Below are positions 37,016 to 48,362 of a DNA stretch of 64,000 nt, in pieces. Under the pieces are notes generated by a model. That model was not told where the DNA came from and searched no databases. It saw only the letters and a program-made list of their open reading frames with translations. Position numbers and translations under genes: made by a program. The stretch is from Actinomycetota bacterium (GTDB lineage Bacteria; Actinomycetota; Acidimicrobiia; Spongiisociales; UBA11373). How positions within the stretch are numbered: position 1 is the stretch's first letter; each line of letters starts with the position of its first letter. The stretch lies in the NCBI GenBank assembly GCA_020444505.1, contig JAHLKU010000001.1, positions 62,810 through 126,809 on the forward strand. The letters run 5' to 3'.

Positions 37016-37783
37016 GTGAGCCTCGTCAGATTCGAGATGCAGGGCGACGTCGCCCTGGTCACCCTCGACCGCCCGCCCGTCAACGCCCTGTCGGCCGCCC
37101 TGACGGCCGACCTGGACGAGGCGGTCGCCAAGGCGGAGGACCCGGCGGTGCGCGCCGTGGTGCTCACCGGGAGCCCGCACTTCGCCGCGGGCGCCGACAT
37201 CTCCGAGTTCAAGGCGGCGATGGACGGCGGGGGCGAGGACGCGCTCGCCAATCGGCTGTCCGAGGTGGTCCGCCGCCTGGAGACGCTCCCCAAGCCGGTG
37301 ATCGCTGCGGTGCGCGGCTACGCCCTCGGCGGCGGCCTGGAGGTGGCGATGGGCTGCGACTTCCGCTTCCTCGCCGAGGACGCCACGGTCGGCCAGCCCG
37401 AGATCAAGCTGGGCATCATCCCCGGCGCCGGCGGCACGATCCGCCTCACCCGGCTCATCGGCCCGGCCAAGGCCAAGGACCTCATCTACACCGGCCGCTT
37501 CGTCGGTGCCGCCGAGGCGCTGGACCTGGGCATCGCCGACCGGGTGGTGCCGGCCGACGGCCTCGACGAGGCCGCCATGGAGTACGCCGCCGCGCTGGCC
37601 GCCGGGCCGACCGTCGCCCTGGGCGCCGCCCGGCGCGCCGTCACCGACGGCCTCGGCCTGCCGGTGCCCGAGGCGCTGGCGCTGGAGACCGCCGGGTTCG
37701 ACGCCTCCTTCGCCACCGACGACGCCCGCGAGGGCGTGGCGGCATTCCTGGAGAAGCGCGAGCCGGGGTTCAGCGGGAGGTGA
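37016..37783 (+). CDS. enoyl-CoA hydratase/isomerase (crotonase family)
   Basis: LDRPPVNAL, FAAGADI, GYALGGGLEVAMGCDFR and QPEIKLGIIPGAGGT. GTG 37016 follows AGGAGGA. Confidence 0.9.
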   Translation: MSLVRFEMQGDVALVTLDRPPVNALSAALTADLDEAVAKAEDPAVRAVVLTGSPHFAAGADISEFKAAMDGGGEDALANRLSEVVRRLETLPKPVIAAVRGYALGGGLEVAMGCDFRFLAEDATVGQPEIKLGIIPGAGGTIRLTRLIGPAKAKDLIYTGRFVGAAEALDLGIADRVVPADGLDEAAMEYAAALAAGPTVALGAARRAVTDGLGLPVPEALALETAGFDASFATDDAREGVAAFLEKREPGFSGR

Positions 37784-38207
37784 AACGGGCGGCGAGTCGC
37801 CGCAAGTTGCGCCGCCACACCCACCGCAGCACGGGCCGGGCCGCCCACGCCCCGGCGGGCCCGCCCAGGAACCAGGGGAAGGCGATGTGCTCGCTCCAGG
37901 TGAAGCGCGTCCCGCCGCCCTCCGGCTCCAGGGTGAACGCCCCGCGCCCGGTGAACAGGCCGCGGTGCTCGACCGCGATGCGTCGCGGTGGCTCCCAGGA
38001 GGTCACCTCCATCAGGTCGGTGGTGCGGAACGGTCCGATGCGGGTCTCCACCGCCATCGTCGTGCCCTCCCCCTCCGACCTGTCGCCGGTGAACTCGATG
38101 GTGCGGGCGTCGGCCATCCACTCGACGTGCCGATCGAGGCGCGCCACGTCGTCCCACACCTCGGCAGGCGGGGCGGTGAGGTGGACCGAGACCGTGACGC
38201 CGCTCAT
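37770..38207 (-). CDS. SRPBCC (START/polyketide-cyclase-like) domain protein
   Basis: 145 aa, with APPAEVWDDVARLDRHVEWM. TACCGT (revcomp of 38216-38221) lies 8 nt upstream of the ATG. Confidence 0.7.
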   Translation of the reverse strand: MSGVTVSVHLTAPPAEVWDDVARLDRHVEWMADARTIEFTGDRSEGEGTTMAVETRIGPFRTTDLMEVTSWEPPRRIAVEHRGLFTGRGAFTLEPEGGGTRFTWSEHIAFPWFLGGPAGAWAARPVLRWVWRRNLRRLAARFTSR

Positions 38208-38261
38208 GGCCGGCCACGGTAGGCGCCGGGCCGCCCCTACCCGGCCTCCCGTGCCGGTACG

Positions 38262-39245
38262 ATGCGCGCGCTCATGGTGACCAGACGCGCCCGCCGCTGG
38301 GTGCAGCGAGGCATCGCAGCGGCGCTCATCGCCGCCGCGGTCGTCGCCGCCCTCGCTTCCTGGTTCACGTCGGAGATGATCGAGCAGGAGTTCCTCTCCA
38401 TGACCGCCGGCGAGGCCGAGGCCGACCCGTCGGCGATCGGACTGGCCTTCGAGCAGGTGGACGTGCCGGGCCCGCTCGGCAACTACCCGGCCTGGTTCCT
38501 CGAGGGCGATCCGGAGGAGGACACCTGGGCCGTGGTGGTGCACGATCGGACCGCCAACCGGGCCGAGGCGCTCGACCTGCTCCCCGTGCTGGTGGAGCAC
38601 GGCGTGCCGGTGCTGGTGGTCACCCACCGCAACGACGCCGCCGCCCCGCCTGCGGACGGGGGCCGTCACGCACTGGGCGCCGACGAATGGGAGGACGTGG
38701 ACGCCGCCGTGGCCTTCGCCCTGGACTCCGGGGCGCGCGACGTGGTGCTGGCCGGGTACGGGACCGGCGGCGCCGCCGCCCTCGTCCTCGCCAGGGAGTC
38801 GGACTGGGCGGACCGGGTTGCCGGGATCGTCCTGGACTCCCCGTACCTGGACCCCGGCGCGATGGTGGACGTCCGCGCCTCGGCCGACAACGTCCCGGGC
38901 TTCGTGTCGGGGTGGGGCAAGGCGGTGGCGGCGTTCCGCTTCGGCGTGGACTGGTCGATGCTGGACCAGGTGGCCGGCGCCGACGACCTGGCGGCGCCGG
39001 TGCTGCTGATCAGGGGAGGCGACGACGCCGTCGCCCCGGCGTGGGTCGCGGAGGCGTTTGCGGCGGCGCGGCCCGGCCTGATCCGGGACCTGGTGGTGCC
39101 CGGCGCGGGCCACCTGGGCGGGTTCGCCGCCGACCCGGCACGCTACGAGGGCGCCGTCGGCCACTTCCTCCGGCGGGTGGCGGTGGGGCCCAGCGGCCTG
39201 CCGGAGGCCGAGGTCGAGGGGAGCCCCGGCTCGGGCGTCGAGTAG
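38262..39245 (+). CDS. membrane-anchored alpha/beta-hydrolase-fold protein with Gly at the nucleophile position
   Basis: N-terminal TM helix. The nucleophile-elbow context LAGYGTGGAAAL reads GxGxGG instead of GxSxGG. Asp (GGDD) and His (GAGH) contexts are retained. The start is ambiguous (ATG 38262 or 38274). Confidence 0.65.
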   Translation: MRALMVTRRARRWVQRGIAAALIAAAVVAALASWFTSEMIEQEFLSMTAGEAEADPSAIGLAFEQVDVPGPLGNYPAWFLEGDPEEDTWAVVVHDRTANRAEALDLLPVLVEHGVPVLVVTHRNDAAAPPADGGRHALGADEWEDVDAAVAFALDSGARDVVLAGYGTGGAAALVLARESDWADRVAGIVLDSPYLDPGAMVDVRASADNVPGFVSGWGKAVAAFRFGVDWSMLDQVAGADDLAAPVLLIRGGDDAVAPAWVAEAFAAARPGLIRDLVVPGAGHLGGFAADPARYEGAVGHFLRRVAVGPSGLPEAEVEGSPGSGVE

Positions 39246-39286
39246 GCCCGGCCGCACGCCCGGCGACCCGGTACCCTCCGGCGTCG

Positions 39287-40417
39287 ATGCTGTACCTGGA
39301 CCACGCCGCCACCACGCCGCTGCGCCCCGGCGCCCTCGTCGCCATGGAGCCGTGGCTGGGGGACGGCTTCGGCAACCCGTCGGGCGTGCACTCCGTGTCG
39401 CGCCGCGCCAAGCAGGCCATGGAGGACGCCCGTGAGCGGGCGGCGGCCCTGCTGGGCGCCGCCCATCCCCTCGACATCGTGTTCACCGGTGGCGGGACCG
39501 GGTCGGACAACCTGGGCGTCGCCGGGCCCGCGCTGGCCGATGGGCGGCGCGGCGGTGTGGTGACGACGGCCGTCGAGCACGAGGCGGTGCTGGAGACGGC
39601 GCGGTTCCTCGAGCGGCTCGGGTGCCCGCTGCGGGTGGTCCCGGTGGACGGCGACGGCATCGCGGGCCCGGCGGAGGTGGCCGCCGCCGTGGGGGAGGGC
39701 ACGGCGGTGGTGTCGGTGATGGCGGCCAACAACGAGACGGGAGCCCGTCAGCCGCTGAGCGAGATCGCCGACGCGGTGCGGGCGGCGGGCCCGGCGGTGG
39801 TGCACACGGACGCCGTCCAGGCGTTCGTGTCCGAGGAGGTGACGGCCGCCTCCACCGGCGCCGACCTGATCACGCTCGCCTCGCACAAGTTCGGCGGCCC
39901 CAAGGGCGTCGGCCTGCTGCTGGCCCCCCGCGCCGTGGCACTGGAGCCGGTGCTCCACGGCGGCGGGCAGGAGTTGGGCCGCCGCAGCGGCACCCACAAC
40001 GTGGCGGGGATCGTCGGGATGGTGGCCGCCATGGAGGCGGCCGCCGCCGACCGGGAGCGCTTCCGGCGCGACGTCGGCGAGGCACGCCGCCGCTTCGAGA
40101 GCGCCCTCGCCGCCGCCGTGGACGGCCTCGTGGTGTCGTCGCGGCGCGACCGCCTGGTCCAGCACAGCCACCTGCGCTTCCCCGGCGTGTCCGCCGAGAG
40201 CCTGCTGATCGTCCTCGACGGCATGGGCCTCGCCGCCTCGGCCGGCTCGGCCTGCCACAGCGGGGCGACGTCGGCGAGCCACGTCATGGCGGCGATGGGG
40301 GTGGGAGCCGATGAGGCGGCCGGTGCGGTCCGGTTCTCCTTCGGGTGGACCACCCGACCGGGCGACGGCGACGAGGCCGCCACGATGGTCCTGGAGGCCC
40401 TGGAGGGGCTGCAGTGA
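39287..40417 (+). CDS. cysteine desulfurase (IscS/NifS class V aminotransferase)
   Basis: LDHAATTP, FTGGGTGSDN, the PLP-Lys context SHKFGGPKG, RSGTHNV, and the active-site SAGSACHSG. Confidence 0.9.
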   Translation: MLYLDHAATTPLRPGALVAMEPWLGDGFGNPSGVHSVSRRAKQAMEDARERAAALLGAAHPLDIVFTGGGTGSDNLGVAGPALADGRRGGVVTTAVEHEAVLETARFLERLGCPLRVVPVDGDGIAGPAEVAAAVGEGTAVVSVMAANNETGARQPLSEIADAVRAAGPAVVHTDAVQAFVSEEVTAASTGADLITLASHKFGGPKGVGLLLAPRAVALEPVLHGGGQELGRRSGTHNVAGIVGMVAAMEAAAADRERFRRDVGEARRRFESALAAAVDGLVVSSRRDRLVQHSHLRFPGVSAESLLIVLDGMGLAASAGSACHSGATSASHVMAAMGVGADEAAGAVRFSFGWTTRPGDGDEAATMVLEALEGLQ

Positions 40418-41478
40418 GGGCCCTGGTCGCCATGTCGGGCGGTGTGGACTCCAGCGTGGCGGCGGCGCTGATGATGGACGAGGGCCACGAGGTCGTCGGC
40501 GCCACCCTGAAGCAGTGGGAGGGCCCCGATGGATCGCTGCCGCTGCACGGGTGCTGCACCGTCGCCGACGCCGAGGACGCCCGCAGCGTCGCCGGGCGCC
40601 TCGGCATCCGCCACTACGTGCTGGACTACGTGGAGGCGTTCGAGGAACGGGTGGTGGCGCCGTTCGCCGCCGCGTACCTGGCCGGGAGGACCCCCAACCC
40701 GTGCATCGAGTGCAACCGGCGGGTCCGGTTCCGGGCGCTGCTGGACCGGGCGGCCGAGCTGGGCTGCGACCTGCTGGTCACGGGCCACCACGCCCGCATC
40801 CGGGAGGACGCCGCCGGGTTCCACCTGCTGCGCGCCGCCGACCCCCGAAAGGACCAGACCTACGTCCTCCACATGCTCGGCCAGGACGACCTGGCGCGGA
40901 TCCGCTTCCCGGTGGGGGAGATGACCAAGGACGAGGTGCGGGCCGAGGCCGCCCGCCGGGGCCTGCGGACCGCCGCGAAGCCCGACAGCCAGGACCTGTG
41001 CTTCATCGCCACCGACCATCGGGCGTTCCTGCGGGACCGCTTCGCTCAGGTGGACGCCCCCGGGCCCATCGTGGACCGGGACGGCACCGAGGTGGGCCGC
41101 CACCGGGGGGCGGTCGGCTTCACGGTGGGCCAGCGCCGCGGCCTCGACCTGGCGCTCGGCGAGCCCCGCTACGTCCTGGACGTCCGGCCGGCCGATGCGA
41201 CGGTGGTGGTGGGGCGGCGGGAGGACCTGCTGGTGGACGGGTGCCGGGTGGAGGCCGTGTCCTGGGTGTCCGGCCGCCCCCCCGAAGGCGGCGGGGTGGA
41301 GGTGAAGGTCCGGTACCGGTCGGAGCCCGTCCCCGCCCGGCTCGTCCCTGCCGGGCACGGGTGGGAGGTGTGGTTCGACGCGCCGCTGGAGGCGCCGGCC
41401 TCCGGGCAGGCGGCGGTGTTCTCCCGGGGCGACGAGGTGCTCGGCGGGGGCACGATCGAGGGGGTGCTGCGGCGCTGA
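40414..41478 (+). CDS. mnmA: tRNA-specific 2-thiouridylase
   Basis: The PP-loop VAMSGGVDSSVAA, TPNPCIECN and DQTYVL. GTG 40414 overlaps the desulfurase TGA. Confidence 0.9.
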   Translation: MRALVAMSGGVDSSVAAALMMDEGHEVVGATLKQWEGPDGSLPLHGCCTVADAEDARSVAGRLGIRHYVLDYVEAFEERVVAPFAAAYLAGRTPNPCIECNRRVRFRALLDRAAELGCDLLVTGHHARIREDAAGFHLLRAADPRKDQTYVLHMLGQDDLARIRFPVGEMTKDEVRAEAARRGLRTAAKPDSQDLCFIATDHRAFLRDRFAQVDAPGPIVDRDGTEVGRHRGAVGFTVGQRRGLDLALGEPRYVLDVRPADATVVVGRREDLLVDGCRVEAVSWVSGRPPEGGGVEVKVRYRSEPVPARLVPAGHGWEVWFDAPLEAPASGQAAVFSRGDEVLGGGTIEGVLRR

Positions 41479-41501
41479 CGCGTCGGCGCCGCGCCGTATG
41501 A

Positions 41502-43571
<2,070 letters not shown>

Positions 43572-43590
43572 GCGAAGGCCCGACGCGAGA

Positions 43591-43616
43591 GGCCCGGCGG
43601 CCGGAGCCGCCGGGCC
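43591..43616. terminator. bidirectional terminator-like hairpin between convergent ligA and the nuclease gene
   Basis: GGCCCGGCGGC-CGGA-GCCGCCGGGCC forms a perfect 11-bp stem. Confidence 0.6.
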
Positions 43617-43634
43617 TCGTCGTGGTCGTCGGGA

Positions 43635-46600
43635 CTAGAACACCTCGTTGGTGGCCTTGATCCACGCCTTCATGTAGAGCGCGACGGCCCGGAAGTAGTC
43701 GCCTTCGGCAGCAGCCTTGTCGCCGCACCTGATCCACTTCTCGGCCCTCGACTGGTCCCACGCCGAGGCGTTGGACTCCTCGAGTGCGATGGTGGCGAGC
43801 AGCCGATCGGCTTCGAGCAGCTTCTCGATCACGGCGGTCACCTCGGCGTCGATCGCCGGCGAGGTCCAGAGCAGGCGTCGGACCGCCCGCCGCTCGGCCG
43901 CGAACACGCGCTTGCCGGTGTCCTTGTCGAGCGTCCGCTCCGACGTCCACAGCTCGGGCGCCAGGCTCGCCTCGATGTCGGCGATGGCCCTGGTGATCCG
44001 CCGGTCGTCGACCACACCCCCGAGCCCGAGGATGTCGGTGAGATCGGCCTGGGCGTCTCGCTTCAGATCGGCCGGCGTGGTCCGCAGGTCGAGGCCGACC
44101 AGGACCGGGTCGTGGTCGCTGGAGCGGAACTCGTCGTCGGAGTAGTTGGCCGCCGGGTTGTAGTCGTTGTAGTCGAGCGCCGGGGGCTCCACCGAGTTGA
44201 TGTGCCACGCGGCGGCACCGGTGACGGCACCGGATGCCTCGTCGTTGGCCAGCCCGTAGTCGAGCGTCCCGTGCTCGCCGTCGTACACGTAGGAGTAGCC
44301 GCCCTCGGCGAACGAGTTCCCGACGTACGCCTCGATGAGGTCGGTCCACCCCAGCCCCTCCAGGGCCGTGATCGGGTCCTCGTTGGCGTACGAGTTCAGG
44401 TCGCCGAGGATGAGCGCCGCGTCGGCGCCGGTGCCGGTCGGGTCGTCGTCCATCCACTGCCCCAGCACCTGGGCCGCTGCGGTCCTGGTGAGGTTGCAGT
44501 TCCCGGCATACCCGCCGGTGTCCGGGTCCTCGGCGTAGGGTGCCACGCCGTAGGCCGGGTCGCCGGGGTTGGCCGTGTCGTCGCAATCGCTGCCCTTCGA
44601 CTTCAGGTGGTTGATGGCCACCGTCACCGAGCCGCCGGTGGCGGTCTCCTGGAACGTCTGGGCCAGCGCCGGGCGGTTCTTCTCGTCGAGGAACGCCGGG
44701 CTCACCGTCGAGTCGAGCAGCGCGAACGCGCCGTCGGGGGTGGTGGTGAGCGTGTCGTAGATGAAGCCCACCGCGATCTCGTCGGAGCCGATGACCCCGG
44801 TGTCGATGTAGTCGTACACCCGGGTGGCTCCGGCGGCGGCGTTGAGCCGCCCGACGAGATCGGCGATGGCGGTGCCGTTGTTCTCGATCTCGATCAACCC
44901 GACCACGTCGGCGTCGAGTTCGACGATGGCCGACACGATCTTGTCGGCCTGGCGCTCGAACTCGTCCGCCGTCTCCGCTCCCCGGCTGCCCAGGGTGGTG
45001 AAGTAGTTGAGCACGTTGAACGAGGCGACGGTGAAGCCGCTCCCCACGTCCGGCAGCGCCGGGCGGGTGGTGAAACCGGTGAAGGTGATCGCGTCCGCCG
45101 GGTGCAGCGGATCGGCCACGTTCACCGGCTGGATCTCGTACTGGTCGAACGCGTAGTGGAGCACGCCGGCGAGCCCGGTGATGGCGTCACCGCTGCGCAG
45201 CGTCCCGCCGTTCTGCAGGTACGGGGTGGTCGCCGGGTTCCAGGTCTCGTTGGGGTACGACTCGTTCTCTTCCTCGCCGTCGTCGAGGACGATCCGGCTG
45301 GCCGTGTTCAGGGCCCGCACCTCGTCGGCGGCGGCCGAGTCGGCGGCCGCCACCTGGTTCGGCTGGTCCTGCGGCCCGATGGCCGACAGCACCACCTCGC
45401 CGAACGAGCCGAGGCGGTAGGTCTCGGTGACGTGGAGGGTCTGGGCGATCGCCACCCGCATGCCCTCCATCGACTCCCAATCGACCTCCTCGTCGGCCGG
45501 GTCGGTGGGCAGCACCGGGGCGGCGGCGGTCGGCAGTGCGTTGCCGGAGGAGCAGACGGCGATGGCGTCCACGGAGCCGACCTCGGTGAGGTCGTAGTAC
45601 TCCGACACCGTGCCCTGCACCCGCACCAGGTCGCCCACCGACACGTCGGTGCCGCCCGGGGCGTAGACGAAGACGCCCTCGGACGTGGCGGCGTCGGCGT
45701 CGGCGTCGGCGTCCTCCTCCTGCAGCATGAACCCGTCGAGGGGCTCGTCGTCGGGCCCGCCGTCGAAGGCCTGGAAGTCGCCGACGACGATGCCCTCGAT
45801 CTCGACGACGTCGCCGACCAGTGGGCTGGCATCACCGTCGCCCTGCACGTCGTGGATGGCCGTGGCGGGGTCGCCACAGGTGATCTCCACCGCGAGTTCG
45901 GTGTTCAGGTCGCCGGGGCTGGCGAGCCCCGGGCCCACCCAGGTGCCGTCGTACAACTGCAGCGACTCGTCGGGCTGTGTGGACGAGCCCTCGGCGACGC
46001 CGACGTCGGTGCTGGTGACGCCGGAGGCTGCGCCGTCGGTGGCTTCGAACGTGCCCTCGTAGGACAGGAACTCGATCAGTTCGTTCGAGTCGTTGACGAG
46101 CGCGAACCCGTCCGGGGCGCCGTTCTGGATCCCGGACCTGAGGAACGACAGTGCGCCCATGCCGCCGGACTCGTCGTCGATGGTGCCGGACAGGGCGATG
46201 GTGTCGTACACGGCGCCGCCGCTGCCGTTGTACAGCAGGACGCTCCACCCGGTCAGGTCGGTGCCGGCGTCGCCGGTCACCTCGACGAACTCGTTGGCGT
46301 CGGTGCCGTCGTTGTCGTAGTGGATCTCGCTCAGGTAGACGGTGGGCGGTTCTTCGACGGTGGCGGTCTCGTCGATGAGCACGTTCTGGAAGGCGAAGCC
46401 CTCTTCCCCGCCGTCGGTGGCCGCCGTGAACGTCAGCGTGAGTGCGCTGCCGGTGCCGTCGATGTTGGTCTTGAACGTCGTGAGTACGTTGGTGACGATC
46501 GTGCCGTTCATCGACAGCGGGTCGTCGAGGGTGGTTTCGGTGCCGCTCGCCAGCGTGTAGGTGAGCGAGCCTGCCTCGTCCACCGAGGACTCGAACGCGG

Positions 46601-47765
46601 TGAACTCGGACCCGCCGTCGAACTGATAGGTGAACGTGAAGGAGTCGTCGGCTTCGAAGTCGCCCATCGCCCCCATGTCGATGGACAGCTCCAGGTTGCT
46701 GCCGGCTCCCGAGGTGTCGAACACCCAGGTGGCGACGACCGGTCCGCTGTTGTCGTTGTTCTCTGTGTCGGACACCCCGAAGAACTCGTCGTGGTTGTTG
46801 TCGTCGACGATCCCGGCGGTGTCGCCCGGGTAGGAGACGAGGCTGTCGTCGAGCAGCGCGTAGGGGATGTCGCCGTCGACGTCGCGGTCCAGCTTCTCGA
46901 ACTTGTCGTACGCGGAGCTGGGGAATCCCAACTCCCACGCGTTGGTGTACGACGTGAGGTTCTGGCTGGCGGAGCCCACCATGTCGTACGCCGACACGAA
47001 CGGCGGCGTCGCATCGGAGACGATGATGTTCTGGAAGGCGAACGCCTCGTCCCCGCCGTTGGTGGTCGCCGTCAGCGTGAGCGTCAACTCGTCACCGCCC
47101 CCGGTCAGCGCGGCCGTCCGGGTGGTGAGGACGTTGGTGAGGTTCTCGCCGTCCACCTGCATCGGGTCGTCGAGGGTGGTCTCGGTGCCGCTCGCCAGCG
47201 TGTAGGTGAGCGAGCCTGCCTCGTCCACCGAGGACTCGAACGCGGTGAACTCGGACCCGCCGTCGAACTGATAGGTGAACGTGAAGGAGTCGTCGGCTTC
47301 GAAGTCGCCCATCGCCCCCATGTCGATGGACAGCTCCAGGTTGCTGCCGGCTCCCGAGGTGTCGAACACCCAGGTGGCGACGACCGGTCCGCTGTTGTCG
47401 TTGTTCTCTGTGTCGGACACCCCGAAGAACTCGTCGTGGTTGTTGTCGTCGACGATCCCGGCGGTGTCGCCCGGGTAGGAGACGAGGCTGTCGTCGAGCA
47501 GCGCGTAGGGGATGTCGCCGTCGACGTCGCGGTCCAGCTTCTCGAACTTGTCGTACGCGGAGCTGGGGAATCCCAACTCCCACGCGTTGGTGTACGACGT
47601 CAGGTTGCTCGACGCCGAGCCCACCATGTCGTAGGCCACGGCGTCGATGCCGTTGGCCAGGGCCGGCGCCGCACCGGCGAAGGGGAGCAAGGCGGCGACC
47701 ATCACCCCCACCACTCCCATGCTGATGGCCCTGCGCCGGGCGCTGCGCGTCGAAACGTCTCCCAC
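43635..47765 (-). CDS. large secreted ExeM/NucH-type extracellular nuclease (duplicated N-terminal domains + lamin-tail domain + endonuclease/exonuclease/phosphatase domain)
   Basis: GTG start follows AGGAGGA, then a signal peptide ...AAPALANG. Two roughly 215-aa repeats come first. The LTD is SEIHYDNDGTDANEFVEVTG...WSVLLYNG. The EEP domain is VASFNVLNYF...VVGLIEIENN...SSDHDPVLVGL. Confidence 0.85.
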   Translation of the reverse strand: MGDVSTRSARRRAISMGVVGVMVAALLPFAGAAPALANGIDAVAYDMVGSASSNLTSYTNAWELGFPSSAYDKFEKLDRDVDGDIPYALLDDSLVSYPGDTAGIVDDNNHDEFFGVSDTENNDNSGPVVATWVFDTSGAGSNLELSIDMGAMGDFEADDSFTFTYQFDGGSEFTAFESSVDEAGSLTYTLASGTETTLDDPMQVDGENLTNVLTTRTAALTGGGDELTLTLTATTNGGDEAFAFQNIIVSDATPPFVSAYDMVGSASQNLTSYTNAWELGFPSSAYDKFEKLDRDVDGDIPYALLDDSLVSYPGDTAGIVDDNNHDEFFGVSDTENNDNSGPVVATWVFDTSGAGSNLELSIDMGAMGDFEADDSFTFTYQFDGGSEFTAFESSVDEAGSLTYTLASGTETTLDDPLSMNGTIVTNVLTTFKTNIDGTGSALTLTFTAATDGGEEGFAFQNVLIDETATVEEPPTVYLSEIHYDNDGTDANEFVEVTGDAGTDLTGWSVLLYNGSGGAVYDTIALSGTIDDESGGMGALSFLRSGIQNGAPDGFALVNDSNELIEFLSYEGTFEATDGAASGVTSTDVGVAEGSSTQPDESLQLYDGTWVGPGLASPGDLNTELAVEITCGDPATAIHDVQGDGDASPLVGDVVEIEGIVVGDFQAFDGGPDDEPLDGFMLQEEDADADADAATSEGVFVYAPGGTDVSVGDLVRVQGTVSEYYDLTEVGSVDAIAVCSSGNALPTAAAPVLPTDPADEEVDWESMEGMRVAIAQTLHVTETYRLGSFGEVVLSAIGPQDQPNQVAAADSAAADEVRALNTASRIVLDDGEEENESYPNETWNPATTPYLQNGGTLRSGDAITGLAGVLHYAFDQYEIQPVNVADPLHPADAITFTGFTTRPALPDVGSGFTVASFNVLNYFTTLGSRGAETADEFERQADKIVSAIVELDADVVGLIEIENNGTAIADLVGRLNAAAGATRVYDYIDTGVIGSDEIAVGFIYDTLTTTPDGAFALLDSTVSPAFLDEKNRPALAQTFQETATGGSVTVAINHLKSKGSDCDDTANPGDPAYGVAPYAEDPDTGGYAGNCNLTRTAAAQVLGQWMDDDPTGTGADAALILGDLNSYANEDPITALEGLGWTDLIEAYVGNSFAEGGYSYVYDGEHGTLDYGLANDEASGAVTGAAAWHINSVEPPALDYNDYNPAANYSDDEFRSSDHDPVLVGLDLRTTPADLKRDAQADLTDILGLGGVVDDRRITRAIADIEASLAPELWTSERTLDKDTGKRVFAAERRAVRRLLWTSPAIDAEVTAVIEKLLEADRLLATIALEESNASAWDQSRAEKWIRCGDKAAAEGDYFRAVALYMKAWIKATNEVF
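46518..47600 (-). repeat. intragenic tandem duplication with a 645-bp period. The core 46518-46955 is almost identical to 47163-47600.
   Basis: Tracked shadow ORFs 46630..46833 and 47275..47478 translate identically. Direct comparison found a single T/C difference (46536 vs 47181) in the stretches I compared by eye. Confidence 0.9.
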
Positions 47766-47904
47766 GATGTCCTCCTGTGCTCAGCCCAGGCCCGCGCACG
47801 ACCGCGGGCCCGTGTCCGCCGTCCATCGTGGCGCTCGCGGGAGCGGGCCGGTAGGGCCGTCCGGCCTTTCTGGATCGGTGCGCCGCCGGGGCGCGGGGAC
47901 GGCG

Positions 47905-48315
47905 CTACCGGACGCGGAAGGACCACTCGTACTCGCCGGGATCGGGCCGCCCGCCCTCGGTGCGGTCCCACTCCACCCGCACCGTGTGCTCCCCGGCGGC
48001 CCAGACCTCCATCGAACCGCCGGGCGCCGGCTGCCAGACGAACACGCCGGTGGACGGGGTGGCCCCGATCTCGTCGGGCGGCACCCGGCGGCCGTCGACG
48101 AACAGTGCGATCTCGTACCCGACCGGGAGGTCCACCTCGACGACGGTCTGACGGACCACCTGATCGCCCGGCGCGGGGAACACCTCCTCCAGCGGTGCCG
48201 GCGGGCCGGCCGGGTCACCGGACGGGGAGAGGAGCACGGCGGCGGCGACGACCGCGACGAGCGCGGCCGTCAGCCACAGGTAGGCGAGGCGATGGCGTGG
48301 CACGGGCGGGATCAT
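47905..48315 (-). CDS. membrane-anchored hypothetical protein
   Basis: N-terminal TM helix LAYLWLTAALVAVVAAAVLL followed by a roughly 95-aa beta-rich domain. No family recognised. Confidence 0.5.
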   Translation of the reverse strand: MIPPVPRHRLAYLWLTAALVAVVAAAVLLSPSGDPAGPPAPLEEVFPAPGDQVVRQTVVEVDLPVGYEIALFVDGRRVPPDEIGATPSTGVFVWQPAPGGSMEVWAAGEHTVRVEWDRTEGGRPDPGEYEWSFRVR

Positions 48316-48362
48316 ACGGCGATGTCGGGGCCTGCCTCCGGTGCGCGGCTACCGTTTCCCGC

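Noticed and set aside
38258-38274. TACGAT box near the hydrolase start, considered as another leaderless promoter
   Set aside because: The box overlaps ATG 38262 and is 10 nt from ATG 38274. Neither spacing fits the 6-9 nt pattern, so the start remains ambiguous and the gene was left out of the leaderless list.
46518-47600. Near-identical 438-bp direct repeats, considered as a possible mobile element or IS remnant
   Set aside because: Both copies lie in frame within one CDS and encode a duplicated protein module. There are no terminal inverted repeats, transposase or target-site duplications.
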